Source: an uncultured Methylomirabilota bacterium
GTDB lineage: Bacteria; Methylomirabilota; Methylomirabilia; Methylomirabilales; 2-02-FULL-66-22
Direction of reading: 5' to 3'
Assembly: GCA_963845565.1 (NCBI GenBank)
Contig: CAWJSJ010000002.1
Span: 1,408,001 to 1,472,000 of the forward strand
Length of the DNA stretch: 64,000 nt
The position numbers and the translations under genes were made by a program. This document shows, one piece after another, positions 9,797 to 20,847 of the stretch (within the stretch, counting starts at the first letter, position 1; each line of letters opens with the position of its first letter). Below the pieces are notes generated by a model. That model saw nothing but the letters and a program-made list of their open reading frames with translations. It was not told the origin of the DNA and did no database searches.

Positions 9797-10264
9797 ATGA
9801 TGAAAATCTATGACAGGTTCGGAGACCATTTGAAACACAGATGGAATAGAGCACGAGTCAGAGTGCGGAGACCCTACTTTCTTGCCGTCGATGCCCTCAA
9901 AGGGGGGCTCAACTATGGAGCGTCCATCGCCTCCGTCCTAACCCTGGGAGCAGACCCGACCAGTGGCATTCTCCACAGAATGACCCACGGACCCATTCAA
10001 TCCGCCAAAGGCTTATATCGTCTCGCAGAAGCGTACGGTACCAATGTGGGGATCAGAGACTTCACTACCGGGGCGTTTTCCGAAGGAGGGAGAGTCTTTA
10101 TCAACGGCGTGGAGAACATCATCCAACACCCAGTCGACACAGCCATCGCCGCCCTCGGCACGTACGCCGCGTTACGAATAGGGCGCGCCATCCTGAATGG
10201 GGTGGAAACTGTCCGCATCGACCGGCACGTTGAACGACTGTACAGAAGAAGCCCGACTGAATAA
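9797..10264 (+). CDS. Hypothetical protein, AT-richer orphan
   Basis: 155-aa ORF 6 nt after tctA, protein-like composition, no recognised family. Confidence 0.6.
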   Translation: MMKIYDRFGDHLKHRWNRARVRVRRPYFLAVDALKGGLNYGASIASVLTLGADPTSGILHRMTHGPIQSAKGLYRLAEAYGTNVGIRDFTTGAFSEGGRVFINGVENIIQHPVDTAIAALGTYAALRIGRAILNGVETVRIDRHVERLYRRSPTE

Positions 10265-10397
10265 GGACGCTGTCATCAAGGACTACGTTGCGTCCTATGA
10301 CTTCTGGACTGCCGCGCAACACACAACACGGAATACGAAGGTGCGATAGATCGTCGCGTCGCCCCCCCCAATAAATTCCTATCACCTCACTCTCCAA

Positions 10398-10487
10398 CTG
10401 CACAACATCCAGCCCAATGTCGCCCTGGAGAACCCCCTCGCCATGTTCGAGCACGCCCGGGAGTACGTGCCATCGTATGCCAAATAG
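10398..10487 (+). pseudogene. C-terminal remnant of a uroporphyrinogen decarboxylase-family gene
   Basis: Translates LHNIQPNVALENPLAMFEHAREYVPSYAK*, resembling the HNIQxxVPxENxxAM tail; no upstream ORF. Confidence 0.5.
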
Positions 10488-10646
10488 ACCACGACCGATC
10501 CGGCGCTTGACAGCGCGGAAAGGCGAATAGTATGTTCCCCGCCACCGTGCTCGTCGGCTCCTGGAGGACGAGGCGGACCGACTCCGCGTAATCCTGGCGT
10601 CTGCCAGTGGCCCGCTGCTGCGCCGCTGTATCCCGGGGGGACTTGA

Positions 10647-11945
10647 ATGCTCGAGGCCGTCGGCGTCACGTTCCTCTTCCTGATCCTCATTCTGTTGGGC
10701 ACCCACCTCTTCATCGCCCTGGGCATCGCCGGGGCCGTCGGTCTCTACCTGTTCCGCGGCGTGGACGTGCTTTCCCTCATGATCACCTCGTTCTTCGGTC
10801 AGGCCACGACGTATGAGTTGGTGGCGCTGCCGCTCTTCGTCCTGATGGGACACGTCCTGGCCAAGAGCCCGATCGGGGCCGACCTGTTCTATCTGGGCTC
10901 GCGCTGGCTCTCGTGGCTGCCGGGCGGGCTGGCCATCGCCTCGATCGCGGCCTGCACCGTCTTTGGTGCCGTGTCGGGTGTCTCGGTGGCGGGGGTGGCG
11001 GCAATCGGGTCCATGGCCGTGCCGGAGATGATCAAGCACGGCTACTCGGTGAGGATCGCCGCCGGGTCGGTGGTGACGGCCGGGGCCCTGGCCATGCTGA
11101 TCCCGCCAAGCGTCCCGTTCATCATCTACAGCGCCATCACGGGCGAGTCGGTGGGCAAGCTGTTCATCGGCGGGATCGTTCCCGGCCTGGTCCTGGCCTT
11201 TGGATTGAGCCTGTATGTGTTCGTGCGGGTGAAGATCTCTCCCGACATGGCCCCCTCCTCCGACGATCTGAAGTTTACCTGGACCGATCGCTGGGCGGCC
11301 GTGCGGAAGGTCTGGCCCACGGCCGTCCTGGTGGGCATCGTGCTCGGGTCGATCTACCTGGGAATCGCTACACCGACCGAGGCCTCGGCCCTGGGGGCGG
11401 CGGGGGCGTTCCTGGTGGCGGGCCTCGTGTACGGCAACATGCCGCTCGCACGGATCATCCAGATCATCCGGGAGGCGCTGCGGATCAGCGTGGCCATCAT
11501 GCTCATCATCTGCTGCGCCAAGATCTTCGGCGACTACCTGAATCTGGTGCGCCTTCCGGAGACGATCTCCAGCTGGCTCCTCAGCCTGAATATGCCCCCC
11601 ATGGGGATGATGCTGGCGGTCCAGGGGCTGCTCATCATCGGCGGGATGTTCGTGGACGCCGCCTCCCTGGTCGTCATCACCACCCCCATTCTCCTCCCGC
11701 TGGTCAAGGGGCTCGGGTTCGATCCCCTCTGGTACGGGATCATCCTGGTGATCAACCTGGAGCTGGCGGTGGTCACGCCGCCGGTCGGCCTCAATCTGTA
11801 CACGCTCCGCAGCTGTTGCCCGTTCCTGACGGTCGAGCAGATCATCCGGGCCGCCATTCCGTTCCTGTTCGTGCAGCTCGCGTGTCTGCTCCTGTTCACG
11901 CTGTATCCGCCACTGGCCCTCTGGCTGCCGAGTTTCATGAAATGA
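10647..11945 (+). CDS. dctM: TRAP transporter large permease
   Basis: ALPLFVLMG, LIPPS, VTPPVGLNL motifs. Confidence 0.95.
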   Translation: MLEAVGVTFLFLILILLGTHLFIALGIAGAVGLYLFRGVDVLSLMITSFFGQATTYELVALPLFVLMGHVLAKSPIGADLFYLGSRWLSWLPGGLAIASIAACTVFGAVSGVSVAGVAAIGSMAVPEMIKHGYSVRIAAGSVVTAGALAMLIPPSVPFIIYSAITGESVGKLFIGGIVPGLVLAFGLSLYVFVRVKISPDMAPSSDDLKFTWTDRWAAVRKVWPTAVLVGIVLGSIYLGIATPTEASALGAAGAFLVAGLVYGNMPLARIIQIIREALRISVAIMLIICCAKIFGDYLNLVRLPETISSWLLSLNMPPMGMMLAVQGLLIIGGMFVDAASLVVITTPILLPLVKGLGFDPLWYGIILVINLELAVVTPPVGLNLYTLRSCCPFLTVEQIIRAAIPFLFVQLACLLLFTLYPPLALWLPSFMK

Positions 11946-11959
11946 CAAAGGAGGCTCTT

Positions 11960-12997
11960 ATGAACCGGATGACCCGACGCACTTTTCTCCGAACCGCTTC
12001 GGCCGGCGCCGTGTTCACGGCGACGGGCTCCTTCGGGAAGATCGCCTTTGCGGCGGTGCCGACCTACACGGGTGTGACCTACCTCACGCCTGGCTACACG
12101 GACATCCACCCACCGGTGATGGGGTTCGTGGAGCAACTGAAGAAGGCCGCCGGCGACTCGATGAAGATCGACTTCTTCGATTCGGGGACCCTGGTCAAGA
12201 CCGACGAGCAGGTCCAGGCCCTCCGGGCAGGAACCATCCAGTTCATGCTCCACACCAGCTCCTATGTCACGCGGACCTACCCCATCCTCGGGGTCACCGG
12301 CCTTCCCAGCCTCTGCCTGCACCTGTACGACCACGGCGAGCGGATGAATGTGGAGACCCCGCTCTGGAAGTTGATCAACGATGTGCTGGCCAAGGACAAC
12401 ACGTTCATGCTCACGTCCGGGGGCGGGAACTACGAGCCGGAGTACATCTGGAGCGGAAACAACAAGGTCACCAGTCTGGCCGAGCTGAAGGGACGCCGCG
12501 TGCGGATCGTCTCGTACGAGGCCGAAGAGGCCCTGAAGCCCTTCGGTGTGGCGGGCGCCCGCATCCCGTCGTCCGAGCTGTACTTGGCCGTGCAGCGCGG
12601 GACCGTGGATGCCGTGGTGGCCAACGTCAGCACCGTCACCGGCCGGAAGGTCCACGAGCAGGTCAAGTACTGTTACAAGCTGCCGGTCACGGCGTTCTGC
12701 ATGTCCTTCTTTTTCCTGAAGAGCACCTGGGACAAGCTGCCCGATAAGGCCAAGGCGGCGTTCTGGGAAGCGGGGAAGTGGTACGATACGAACGGCGCTC
12801 CCGCGGTAAACAAGAATGTGTATCCGCAGAGCATCTGGCCCATGGTGACCAAGGCCGGCGTCAAGGCCGTGACGCCGACCGCGGAGGAGCTGAAGCTCTT
12901 CGAGGAGCGGAGCCAGCCGGTCTGGGCGTGGTGGAAGAAGCAGGTGGGCGAGGAGATCGGACAGAAGGCGATCAACCTCGCGACGGGAAAGGCGTAG
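11960..12997 (+). CDS. dctP: TRAP transporter substrate-binding protein with Tat signal
   Basis: TRRTFL twin-arginine motif; LKGRRVR and ELYLAVQRGTVDA; GGAGG RBS. Confidence 0.88.
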   Translation: MNRMTRRTFLRTASAGAVFTATGSFGKIAFAAVPTYTGVTYLTPGYTDIHPPVMGFVEQLKKAAGDSMKIDFFDSGTLVKTDEQVQALRAGTIQFMLHTSSYVTRTYPILGVTGLPSLCLHLYDHGERMNVETPLWKLINDVLAKDNTFMLTSGGGNYEPEYIWSGNNKVTSLAELKGRRVRIVSYEAEEALKPFGVAGARIPSSELYLAVQRGTVDAVVANVSTVTGRKVHEQVKYCYKLPVTAFCMSFFFLKSTWDKLPDKAKAAFWEAGKWYDTNGAPAVNKNVYPQSIWPMVTKAGVKAVTPTAEELKLFEERSQPVWAWWKKQVGEEIGQKAINLATGKA

Positions 12998-13167
12998 TAG
13001 GCCGCTGAAAAACGCCCACCTGCTGCGTTGGCTTGCTCGGGCACTCGCTGCGGCGTACCTGGAGTACGCCTGGGCCCACCTGCGGTGGGTGCCCCACCTT
13101 GCGCGTGCCGCCTTGCATCTGGACCTTTTTGAGCGGCCTGACACACGACGGGTTGTCCAGCAGCCTG
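12998..13167 (+). repeat. Palindromic repeat family 1, copy B (core to 13140 plus tail)
   Basis: aggccgctgaaaaacgccc...ggacctttttgagcggcctg, then a second ccagcagcctg end. Confidence 0.9.
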
Positions 13168-13189
13168 CAAGGCGGGCGGGGGAGCGGAT

Positions 13190-13711
13190 ATGGGATTCAT
13201 CGCGCGGGTAGGGCGACTCGGCGGCGTTCTGGGGGAGGCGGCCATGGCCTTCATGGTCGTGAGCATCTCCTACGACGTCCTGATGCGCTACATCTTCCTG
13301 GCTCCCACCAACTGGGCCCTGGAGGTGAACACCTTCCTCCTGGTGTTTCTGTGCACGATCCCCGCGGCCGATACCCTGACGGCGGGAACGCAGATCCAGA
13401 TCACGTTCCTCACCGAGCGGCTGCCGGCCGCGGTCCAGGCAAAGCTCCCCGTCATCGGGAACGCGGCGGGCCTCCTCTTCTGTGCCGTGATGACCTGGAA
13501 GGGGACGAGCATGACCTGGGCGGCGTTTCAGCACAACGACCGCATGTCGACCTCTCTGGGCACGCCGATGGCCATTCCGTACGCCCTGATGCCGATCGGG
13601 TTCGGTCTGCTGGGCCTGACGTATGCCGCCCGCATGATCCCGCGCTCCGCCAAGGCCGGGGCTGGATCGGGGCTGGCCGCGCCGCCTCCGGATGCCGGGC
13701 AACAGATCTGA
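13190..13711 (+). CDS. dctQ: TRAP transporter small permease
   Basis: YDVLMRY, PTNWALE; four hydrophobic segments. Confidence 0.88.
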   Translation: MGFIARVGRLGGVLGEAAMAFMVVSISYDVLMRYIFLAPTNWALEVNTFLLVFLCTIPAADTLTAGTQIQITFLTERLPAAVQAKLPVIGNAAGLLFCAVMTWKGTSMTWAAFQHNDRMSTSLGTPMAIPYALMPIGFGLLGLTYAARMIPRSAKAGAGSGLAAPPPDAGQQI

Positions 13712-13853
13712 GCGGTGCGCGACCTGGGGCCGAAGCGGGACGAAAATGAGGGAGGCACGGCCGGTCAATGAGGAATATGGTTGGCCGGTTTTGCTTTCCG
13801 CGGGCTCCCTTTCTCGCTCGCAGGAGCGGGGAATATCGCAGGAGAGGTTGACC

Positions 13854-14741
13854 ATGTCAGACTCGCCAAGACGCACGACGCGGTTGCGTCAGTTATTCCA
13901 AGGGCCGGGGATCGTGATGGCGCCGGGCGCCTTCAATCCCCTCTCGGCTCTACTCGTAGAGCAGGCCGGTTTTCCGGCGATCTACATCACTGGGGCCGGG
14001 CTGGCGAGCAACCTCCTCGGCGTGCCGGACATCGGTCTGGTCTCGATGGCGGAGGTGCTGGAGGCCGCCAGGCGCATCGTGCAGGTCACCGGCGTTCCGG
14101 CCATCTGCGACGTGGACACCGGCTTCGGCAACGCGGTCAACGTGATCCGCACGGTGCGGGAGTTCGAGGCGGCCGGCCTGGCCGCCATCCAGCTCGAAGA
14201 CCAGGTGATGCCCAAGAAGTGCGGGCATACCGAGGGAAAGCAGTTGATCCCGAGGGCCGAGATGGTGCAGAAGATCAAGGCCGCCGCGGACACGCGGCAG
14301 GATCCGGATTTCGTCCTCATCGCCCGCACGGACGCCATCGCCGTGACCGGCCTGGAGGACGCGCTGGATCGGGCGAATGCCTACCGGGAGGCCGGGGCGG
14401 ACATCCTGTTTGTCGAGGCGCCGCGCACGGTGGATGAGATGCGCCGGATCACCCGGGAGGTGCCGGGCGTACACCTGGTCAACGTGGTGGAGGGCGGGGG
14501 CAAGACGCCGGTGCTTCGCGCGGAGGAGTATTGCGAGATCGGCTACCACCTCGCGATCTATCCGATCGCACCCTGGACGGCATCCATCAAGGCCATGCAG
14601 GAGGTCCTGGGGGTGCTCCGGTCAGACGGCGTCACCAGCCGCTACGCGGACCGGATGGTCTCTTTCCAGGAGATGTTCGAGATCGTCGGGCGATCGCGGT
14701 ACGCGGCCCTGGAGCGGAAGTACTCGGCCCGCGAATCGTAG
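13854..14741 (+). CDS. Isocitrate lyase/PEP mutase family protein (PrpB-like)
   Basis: DVDTGFG, EDQVMPKKCGH, ARTDA motifs. Confidence 0.9.
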   Translation: MSDSPRRTTRLRQLFQGPGIVMAPGAFNPLSALLVEQAGFPAIYITGAGLASNLLGVPDIGLVSMAEVLEAARRIVQVTGVPAICDVDTGFGNAVNVIRTVREFEAAGLAAIQLEDQVMPKKCGHTEGKQLIPRAEMVQKIKAAADTRQDPDFVLIARTDAIAVTGLEDALDRANAYREAGADILFVEAPRTVDEMRRITREVPGVHLVNVVEGGGKTPVLRAEEYCEIGYHLAIYPIAPWTASIKAMQEVLGVLRSDGVTSRYADRMVSFQEMFEIVGRSRYAALERKYSARES

Positions 14742-14798
14742 CCGCCCGCCTCTCCCCGCGTATTGGCTTGACAGCCTTTCCTTCGACGCGCGAAGCGC

Positions 14799-16536
14799 TC
14801 AGTCCAACAGCTCCTCACCCGCGATGATGTCCTCGACGGCGAGCGTGCTGAGGAGGTAGTGGCGGACCCGGTAGGTGAGATAGTCGTCCTTGTCCAGGGT
14901 GCCCGGCTTCAGGACCAGGCCGTAGCGATTGCGCGACTGATCGGGGGTGACAAGGCCGCGGACGAGATCCTCCTCCAGCCGCATGATGGAGCGCTGGAAG
15001 GGGATGCCCCAGCCGCCCCCACCGGCGCTTTCCAGGACGAGGCGATCCCCCGCCTCCAGGTGGAGGGTGATCCTGCCTGGTCCGAGCTTCTCCCGCGTTC
15101 CGTGGCGCGCCGTGACGTGGAGCACCCGGGCGTCGGTTCCCCGCATCCCGCCCTGCATGCCGAGGGCCCGGCCGGGGAGGAGGAGATCGACCTCCGCCTG
15201 GCCCTCGAGCAACTGGAGCTCCAGGCGAACGCCGGCGCCGCCGTGGTACTGGCCGGGGCCCGCCGAATCGGCCAGGATCTCGAAGCGCAGAATCCGCACC
15301 GGCAGCGCCCGTTCGATCTCCTCCACGCCGTGGGTCCGGTGCGGCGCGAAGGTGGACGTCCCGTGCGTCAGGCCGTCCCCGAAGACCGATGCGCCCAAAC
15401 CGCCGGGAAGACCCAAACGCGCCTGGTACCGGCTGCCGTCGTTGCGCTCGCCGCGGAGATCCGCCAGGAGACAGGCGGCGTCCGGGGCGTGGGTCAGATG
15501 GGAGAGTGTGCCGGCAAAGGCGGCCCGGATCGCGTCGGCCACCGCCTGTGCCCCGCCGAATCGCGCCTCGCCCGAGGGGCGACGAGCCATAGCGGCTCCC
15601 AGCGATGTCTGGATGGACACGGCCTCGGCCAGGCCCCCCAGGACCGCGAGGGTCGGCGACTCCGCTGCCGCGGCCTCGCGGATGGCCGCCCGGACGGCCG
15701 CCCGGGCCAGCGCGGGCGTGATGCCCCAGCCGGGGTCCGAGCCTTCCACCCGCACGGTGACAGGCGAGCCGTCCCGGCGGATGCGGGCCGTGAAGGGCGC
15801 CGCCCGCCCGACGATCTCATCGGTTTCCAGTTTTCCCAGGATCTGCTGCAGCGCGCGCCGGGCACCTGCGGCGGCCACCTCGGCCAGGCCGGGGAGACCA
15901 TCGGCGCCAAAGCGGTCCAGGGCGTCCTCCAGCGCGTTGCGGCCGAGGCCGAGGGCGTGAAGCTGGGCCGCGAAGTCCTCGCGAAATCCTGCCGGATCGT
16001 CGGCGTTGGCCGCGAGCAGGGAGACGGTTTCCGCTTTCACGCGGCCGAGATGGCCCGCCCGCAACCAGGGGAGGACCAATCCCTCTCGCCGCAGGCGATC
16101 CACGGGGGCCAGGGTGGCTCGCCCCAGGCCGGGATGGCTGGCCGTCAGCGCCACGAATGCCACCAGGCACCCCTCCCGCACGATCGGGGTGGCCAGCACC
16201 AGGTCCTCGACGCCCGCCGCATCGCAGTCCGGATCGTTGGTCAGGTACAATTCCCCCGAGGCGATGGGCCGGTCGGCGGATTGGTGCCGACCCACCAGAT
16301 GTGGCGAGCGCCTCCGCCGCGGATTCCGCGAGCAGGGGATGGCTTTCCCGCCCGCCCAGTAAAAGCGCGCCCGTCGGCAGGTAGAATCCCGCGGCGGTGC
16401 TCCCGTGGCGGCCGATGCTGGCCGAACCGGCGGCCTGGCGCAGGGTCGCGTCCATGGCGGTCGCCGCCTCCTCCAGGTGGAGCCGCAGCGCCACGCCGGC
16501 GCCCGGCGGGAGCGGGGAGAGCGGAGTGGCCGTCAT
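14799..16536 (-). pseudogene. Hydantoinase B/oxoprolinase subunit, divergent, one frameshift near 16300
   Basis: LTNDP, DSAGPGQYHGGAG, SAGGGGWG motifs split over ORFs 15817-16536 and 14799-16295. Confidence 0.75.
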
Positions 16537-18545
16537 GCCGCGGTCTCCAGGATCAGGTTTCCCCAGCGATCGGCGTGGTATGGCATCCCCGGAGGGACGA
16601 AGGCACTGGCCCCCGGCAGGACGACGAGGGCCGGCCCGGTCACCGGGCGATCGATGGCGAGCGACTCCACCGGTACCTGGGGTGTCCCCCGAGGACTCAG
16701 CGGCTCCGCGCCGCCCGCCGCCGCATGGCTCTCCTGCCGACGGCGGAAGGTGGCTTCCAGGGAGGGGCCGAACGCGACCGCGGTGGTTCCGCGCTCCAGC
16801 ACGGCGAGCAAACGTATCACGCGAATCGTCTCCGCCGCCGGCCGGACGCCGTAGGCGTGCTGGGCGAAGGTCTGGTATCGACGCAGGCGCGCCTCTTCGG
16901 GTTCGTCGGGATCCCGGACGAGCAGCAGGTCCTCGTGGGGATTCTCACCGCGCCGCGTGACGAGTGCGAGGCGAAGGTGACCCGAGGTTTCCAGAGGAAA
17001 GGCGGCGGCGCACAGCTCCCGCAGGCGGCCGGCGACAGGGTACTCAGGCGCTCGTTCACGGACAGGAGTGCGACCTTGGCGGGCGGGCAGAGCAAGCAGC
17101 CGAGCGCGGAGAAACCCGAGGCCAGGTACGGGACCACCACGCGCTTCAGGCCGAGCCGCTGGGCCACCGGTGCGGCGTGCACGGGGCCGGCGCCGCCGAA
17201 CGCGATCAGGGTCGCCTTTCCGGGCGAGGTGCCGCGAGCCGTGAGCTGGGTCCGGAGGAAAGCCGCCATGCGGGCCTCGGCCACCTCGAGGACCATGCGG
17301 GCCGCATCGCGGGGCTCCATCCCGAATCCCGAGCACACCTCGGCCAGCATCGCCTGTTCGGCGGGGGCGGGGTCCAGGGGGGGTAACCCCAGATCCGTGC
17401 GGTCGCCGACCAGTCGGTCGAGCAGGAGGCTGGCGTCGGTGACCGTCGGCTTCCGGCCGCCCTTGCCGAAGCAGGCCGGACCCGGGTGCGCGCCGGCGCT
17501 CTGCGGTCCCACCTGGAGACCGCCGGCGACGGACTCGTCCAGCCAGGCCAGGCTGCCGCCGCCGATCCCGACGGTTTGAATGTCCACGCACGGCACGGCG
17601 ACCTGCAGCCCGAATTCGAGCGTCCGATCGGCGCGGAGCTGCGGCTGGCCGTCCTGGAGGATGGCGACGTCGAAACTGGTCCCACCCATGTCCGCGGTTA
17701 CGGCCGAGGAGAGACGGAGGAGCTGGCTCAGCGCCGCGCCGGCAACGGCGCCGCCGGCCGGCCCCGACAGGACGGTCTGGAGCGGAGACCGGCGGACCTC
17801 CTCTGGTGTCAAGGACGCGCCGGCCGACTCGATGAATCGAAAGACCGGCGACATGCCCGCGGTGGACAGGACACGCTCCAGCGCCGCCACGTATCGGTGC
17901 ATGAGCGGTGTGAGATAGGCCGCCAGCGCGGCCGTGGCGGTGCGCAGCCGCTCGTCGGGGAAGGGGCCGACCTCGCTGCCCAGGACGAGCGCGCCGGCTG
18001 GGCCAGTGGCGGCGGAGGATCTCGCGGGCGCGCCGCTCGTGGGTGTCATTCTGATCCGCGTGGACGAACGAGATCGCCAGCGCCTCGATCCCCTGCGCCG
18101 TCAGGGCGGACACCAGGCCGGCAATCTCGTCCTCGACCAGCGCCTGGAGGACGCCCCCGGAGGCATCCAAACGCTCGGCGGCCTCCCATCGCCATTGGCG
18201 TGGGATCACCGGTTCGAAGGCCGGTTGCCAGCCACGAAGCGTGCGCCGTCCTCCGTCGCGGAGCTCCAGGAGATCGCGAAATCCCGCCGTGGTCAGCAGG
18301 CCCGTGCGGGCCCCCTTGCGCTCGAGCAGCGCATTCGTCGCCACGGTCGTCCCGTGGGCAATCTCGGCGATCTGGTCCGCCGGGGCCCCGCTCTTTCCGA
18401 GGGCGGCCTGGATGCCGGACGCGATATCGTGGGGCGTGGTGGGGGCCTTGTGGAGCGTGAGACTGCCGTCCGCCTGGTCGCAGACGACAATATCGGTGAA
18501 GGTCCCACCGACGTCAATCCCGATGTGGTACCGGTCATGAGCCAT
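16533..18545 (-). pseudogene. Hydantoinase A/oxoprolinase subunit, two compensating frameshifts (about 18000 and 17040)
   Basis: IDVGGTFTD and HGTTVATNAL in one frame; SGPAGG, DMGGTSFD, GGAGPVH in a second frame; DRWGNL back in the first. Confidence 0.8.
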
Positions 18546-18749
18546 GCGTATCTCCCTGAACCCGCGGGATCATACGCGGTTTTGCGCAGCGTCGCAAGCC
18601 GCAAGACACCGGTGGAGGTAACGAGAAACCACAGATTTCGCAGATTACACAGATTCAACCGAGAAAGACTTTGGGATGGATCCCTTCGCGGGATTCACTC
18701 CTCTCAGCAATTCGAGGTTCAGCAAGCCGCGAAGAATTCCTGTATGGTT

Positions 18750-18896
18750 CAGGCCGCTCAAAACGGTCCAGCCGCAAGACGGGGCCGGATGCGCCGAGCG
18801 AGGCGTACTGGGAGGTACGCCGCAACGAGTGCGCGACGACCCGGGGCACCCGTCCGCAGGATGGGTCACCGCGGATGGGCTGTTTTCAGCGGCCTG
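18750..18896 (-). repeat. Palindromic repeat family 1, copy C; contains the stop codon of tag
   Basis: Reverse complement reads caggccgctgaaaacagcccatc...ggaccgttttgagcggcctg. Confidence 0.85.
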
Positions 18897-19464
18897 GGCG
18901 GGAGAGTTCGGCGTGGCGGATGCAGGAGACGAGGTGATCGTTCACCATCCCGACGGCTTGCATGAAGGCGTAGCAGATAGTGGGGCCGACGAAACGAAAG
19001 CCGCGGGTGCGGAGGTTGCGGCTCATGGCCTCGGCTTCGGGAGTCCGGGCCGGCACCTCGGCCATGGAGCGCCAGCGATTGGTGCGTGGACGGCCGCCCG
19101 CGAACGACCACAGGTAGGTGTCGAGGCTACCGAATTCCTGCTGCACGGTCAGGGCCGCGCGCGCATTTTCGATCGCAGATCGGATCTTGAGGCGGTTTCG
19201 AACGATACCGGAATCCGCGAGCAGTCGCGCCACGGCGCCTTCGTCGTAGGCGGCGACGGCCGCGATCGCGAAATCGTCGAACGCGGCGCGGTAGGCCGCC
19301 CGCTTCTTGAGAATCGTCTCCCAGCTCAGGCCGGCCTGAGCCCCTTCGAGAACGAGGAACTCGAAGAGCAGCCGATCATCGTGGACAGGCACGCCCCACT
19401 CGGCGTCATGGTAGGCGATAGAGAGTTCTGTCTTGGCCCACGGGCACCGCTCAGTCACGGCCAT
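18886..19464 (-). CDS. tag: DNA-3-methyladenine glycosylase I
   Basis: RCPW, YHDAEWG, LEGAQAGLSW, IVRNRLKI, FVGPTICYAFMQAVG, NDH. Confidence 0.96.
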   Translation of the reverse strand: MAVTERCPWAKTELSIAYHDAEWGVPVHDDRLLFEFLVLEGAQAGLSWETILKKRAAYRAAFDDFAIAAVAAYDEGAVARLLADSGIVRNRLKIRSAIENARAALTVQQEFGSLDTYLWSFAGGRPRTNRWRSMAEVPARTPEAEAMSRNLRTRGFRFVGPTICYAFMQAVGMVNDHLVSCIRHAELSRPGR

Positions 19465-19618
19465 CTGCACTCTATTCTCCCCGCACCTGGCGCCCCGACT
19501 CGATCGTCCGGCTTTCCTCGATCCGCGCGGCCCGGCGGCTAGGCGGCATGCTGCTTTTTCGCTCTCCCCTGCCCCCTGCCTGCTGCCTGCTGCCCCCTGT
19601 TCTTTCCTGTCCCCCTCG

Positions 19619-20536
19619 CTATCCCTGTCGAACCTCGATCGTCCCCCGGATCACCGGGACCGTCGTTCCGCCGACTCGGATGGTGGCGGGCATGCCGAGC
19701 GCATCGCGAATCACCTCGACCCAGATCCGACTCGGCCGGCCCATCTCGATGCCCTGTTCCACCACGAAGGCCGTCTGCGCCTTCGGAAGGACGCCGTGGA
19801 CGGCGAGATACGCCCCCAGCGGGCCGGCGGCCGAACCCGTCGCCGGGTCTTCGGGAACGCCCGCCCCCGGCGCGAACATCCGGGCGTGGGCGAGCGTGTC
19901 CGGGGCGGTCGCCTGGAGACAGAAGACGAAGCAGCCCAGCGCTCCGCAGCCTCCCAGGAGCGTATCGAGCCTGGCAGCGTCGGGCCGAAGGCGTCCGATG
20001 GTGTCCAGATCAGGCACCGGGACCATCAGGTGCCCCAGACCCGTGGACACCACCTGAACGACCAGCCTAGTTCCGGCAATAGCGACAGGATTCACTCCGA
20101 GCGCCTCGGCCACCGGGGTCAGGTCGCGCAAGACCTCGCCGAAAGCCGGCTTTCCCTGGGTCATGATCACGCGGCCGGGCTGTCCGCCGGATACCTCGAT
20201 CTCCAGAGGCAACGTGCCGACGCCGACCTGCTGGAAGATCCGGGTGACCGGCTCCTGCAGCGGGAACCGGCCGGCACGCGCCATGACGTAGGCCGTCCCG
20301 ACGCTCGGATGGCCCGCGAAGGGGATCTCCTTGGCGGGCGTGAAGATCCGCATCCAGTACGTCGCGTTGGGGTCCGTCGGCGGGAGGACGAAGGTGGTCT
20401 CGGACAGGTTCATCTCCCGGGCGATGGCCTGCATCTGTTCGGTGGAGAGGCCCGTGCCGTCCGGCACCACACAGAGCGCGTTGCCGGCGAATGGCCGATC
20501 GGTGAAGACGTCTACTTGTTCGAAAAGTATCTGCAT
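19619..20536 (-). CDS. PhzF family isomerase
   Basis: VDVFT, GN, NLSETTF, FAGHP, EDPATGSA, QGIEMGRPS. Confidence 0.93.
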   Translation of the reverse strand: MQILFEQVDVFTDRPFAGNALCVVPDGTGLSTEQMQAIAREMNLSETTFVLPPTDPNATYWMRIFTPAKEIPFAGHPSVGTAYVMARAGRFPLQEPVTRIFQQVGVGTLPLEIEVSGGQPGRVIMTQGKPAFGEVLRDLTPVAEALGVNPVAIAGTRLVVQVVSTGLGHLMVPVPDLDTIGRLRPDAARLDTLLGGCGALGCFVFCLQATAPDTLAHARMFAPGAGVPEDPATGSAAGPLGAYLAVHGVLPKAQTAFVVEQGIEMGRPSRIWVEVIRDALGMPATIRVGGTTVPVIRGTIEVRQG

Positions 20537-20600
20537 GGACCCCTCCACGTCGAATCCGTCTCCGGCTACGCCACCACGCGGTAAAGGCGATCCATCTTTG

Positions 20601-20847
20601 TCACTTCACACGAAACAGGCGTGCGACAAGATCGTCTCGCGTGATCTCGAAATGCCGAGCAATGTCGGCCAGAATTGCGGCGAGCGTACCAACGCGGAGG
20701 GGGTTGTTGCGGGACGGTAAGATGATGTTCCCCGTGTTCAAAGGTCGTGAGGCGAAGATGGCTACCAGTCTGGCGAGTCACCCGGTATCCGAGGGCTCCT
20801 AAGGCCTGGGCAAGATCAGTGCCTGAGAGGTCGCGGGGAAGCCTCAT
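20601..20847 (-). pseudogene. hicA: HicA-family toxin, frameshifted near 20708
   Basis: RQTGSHLRL...HHLTVP in one frame; NPLRVGTLAAILADIARHF in the shifted frame, ending TGA at 20601. Confidence 0.75.

Noticed and set aside
18680..18725. TPP riboswitch-like words on the minus strand (GCTGAGA, GCGAAGGGA)
   Set aside because: The intervening CCTGA/TAAT elements are missing and the spacing is too short.
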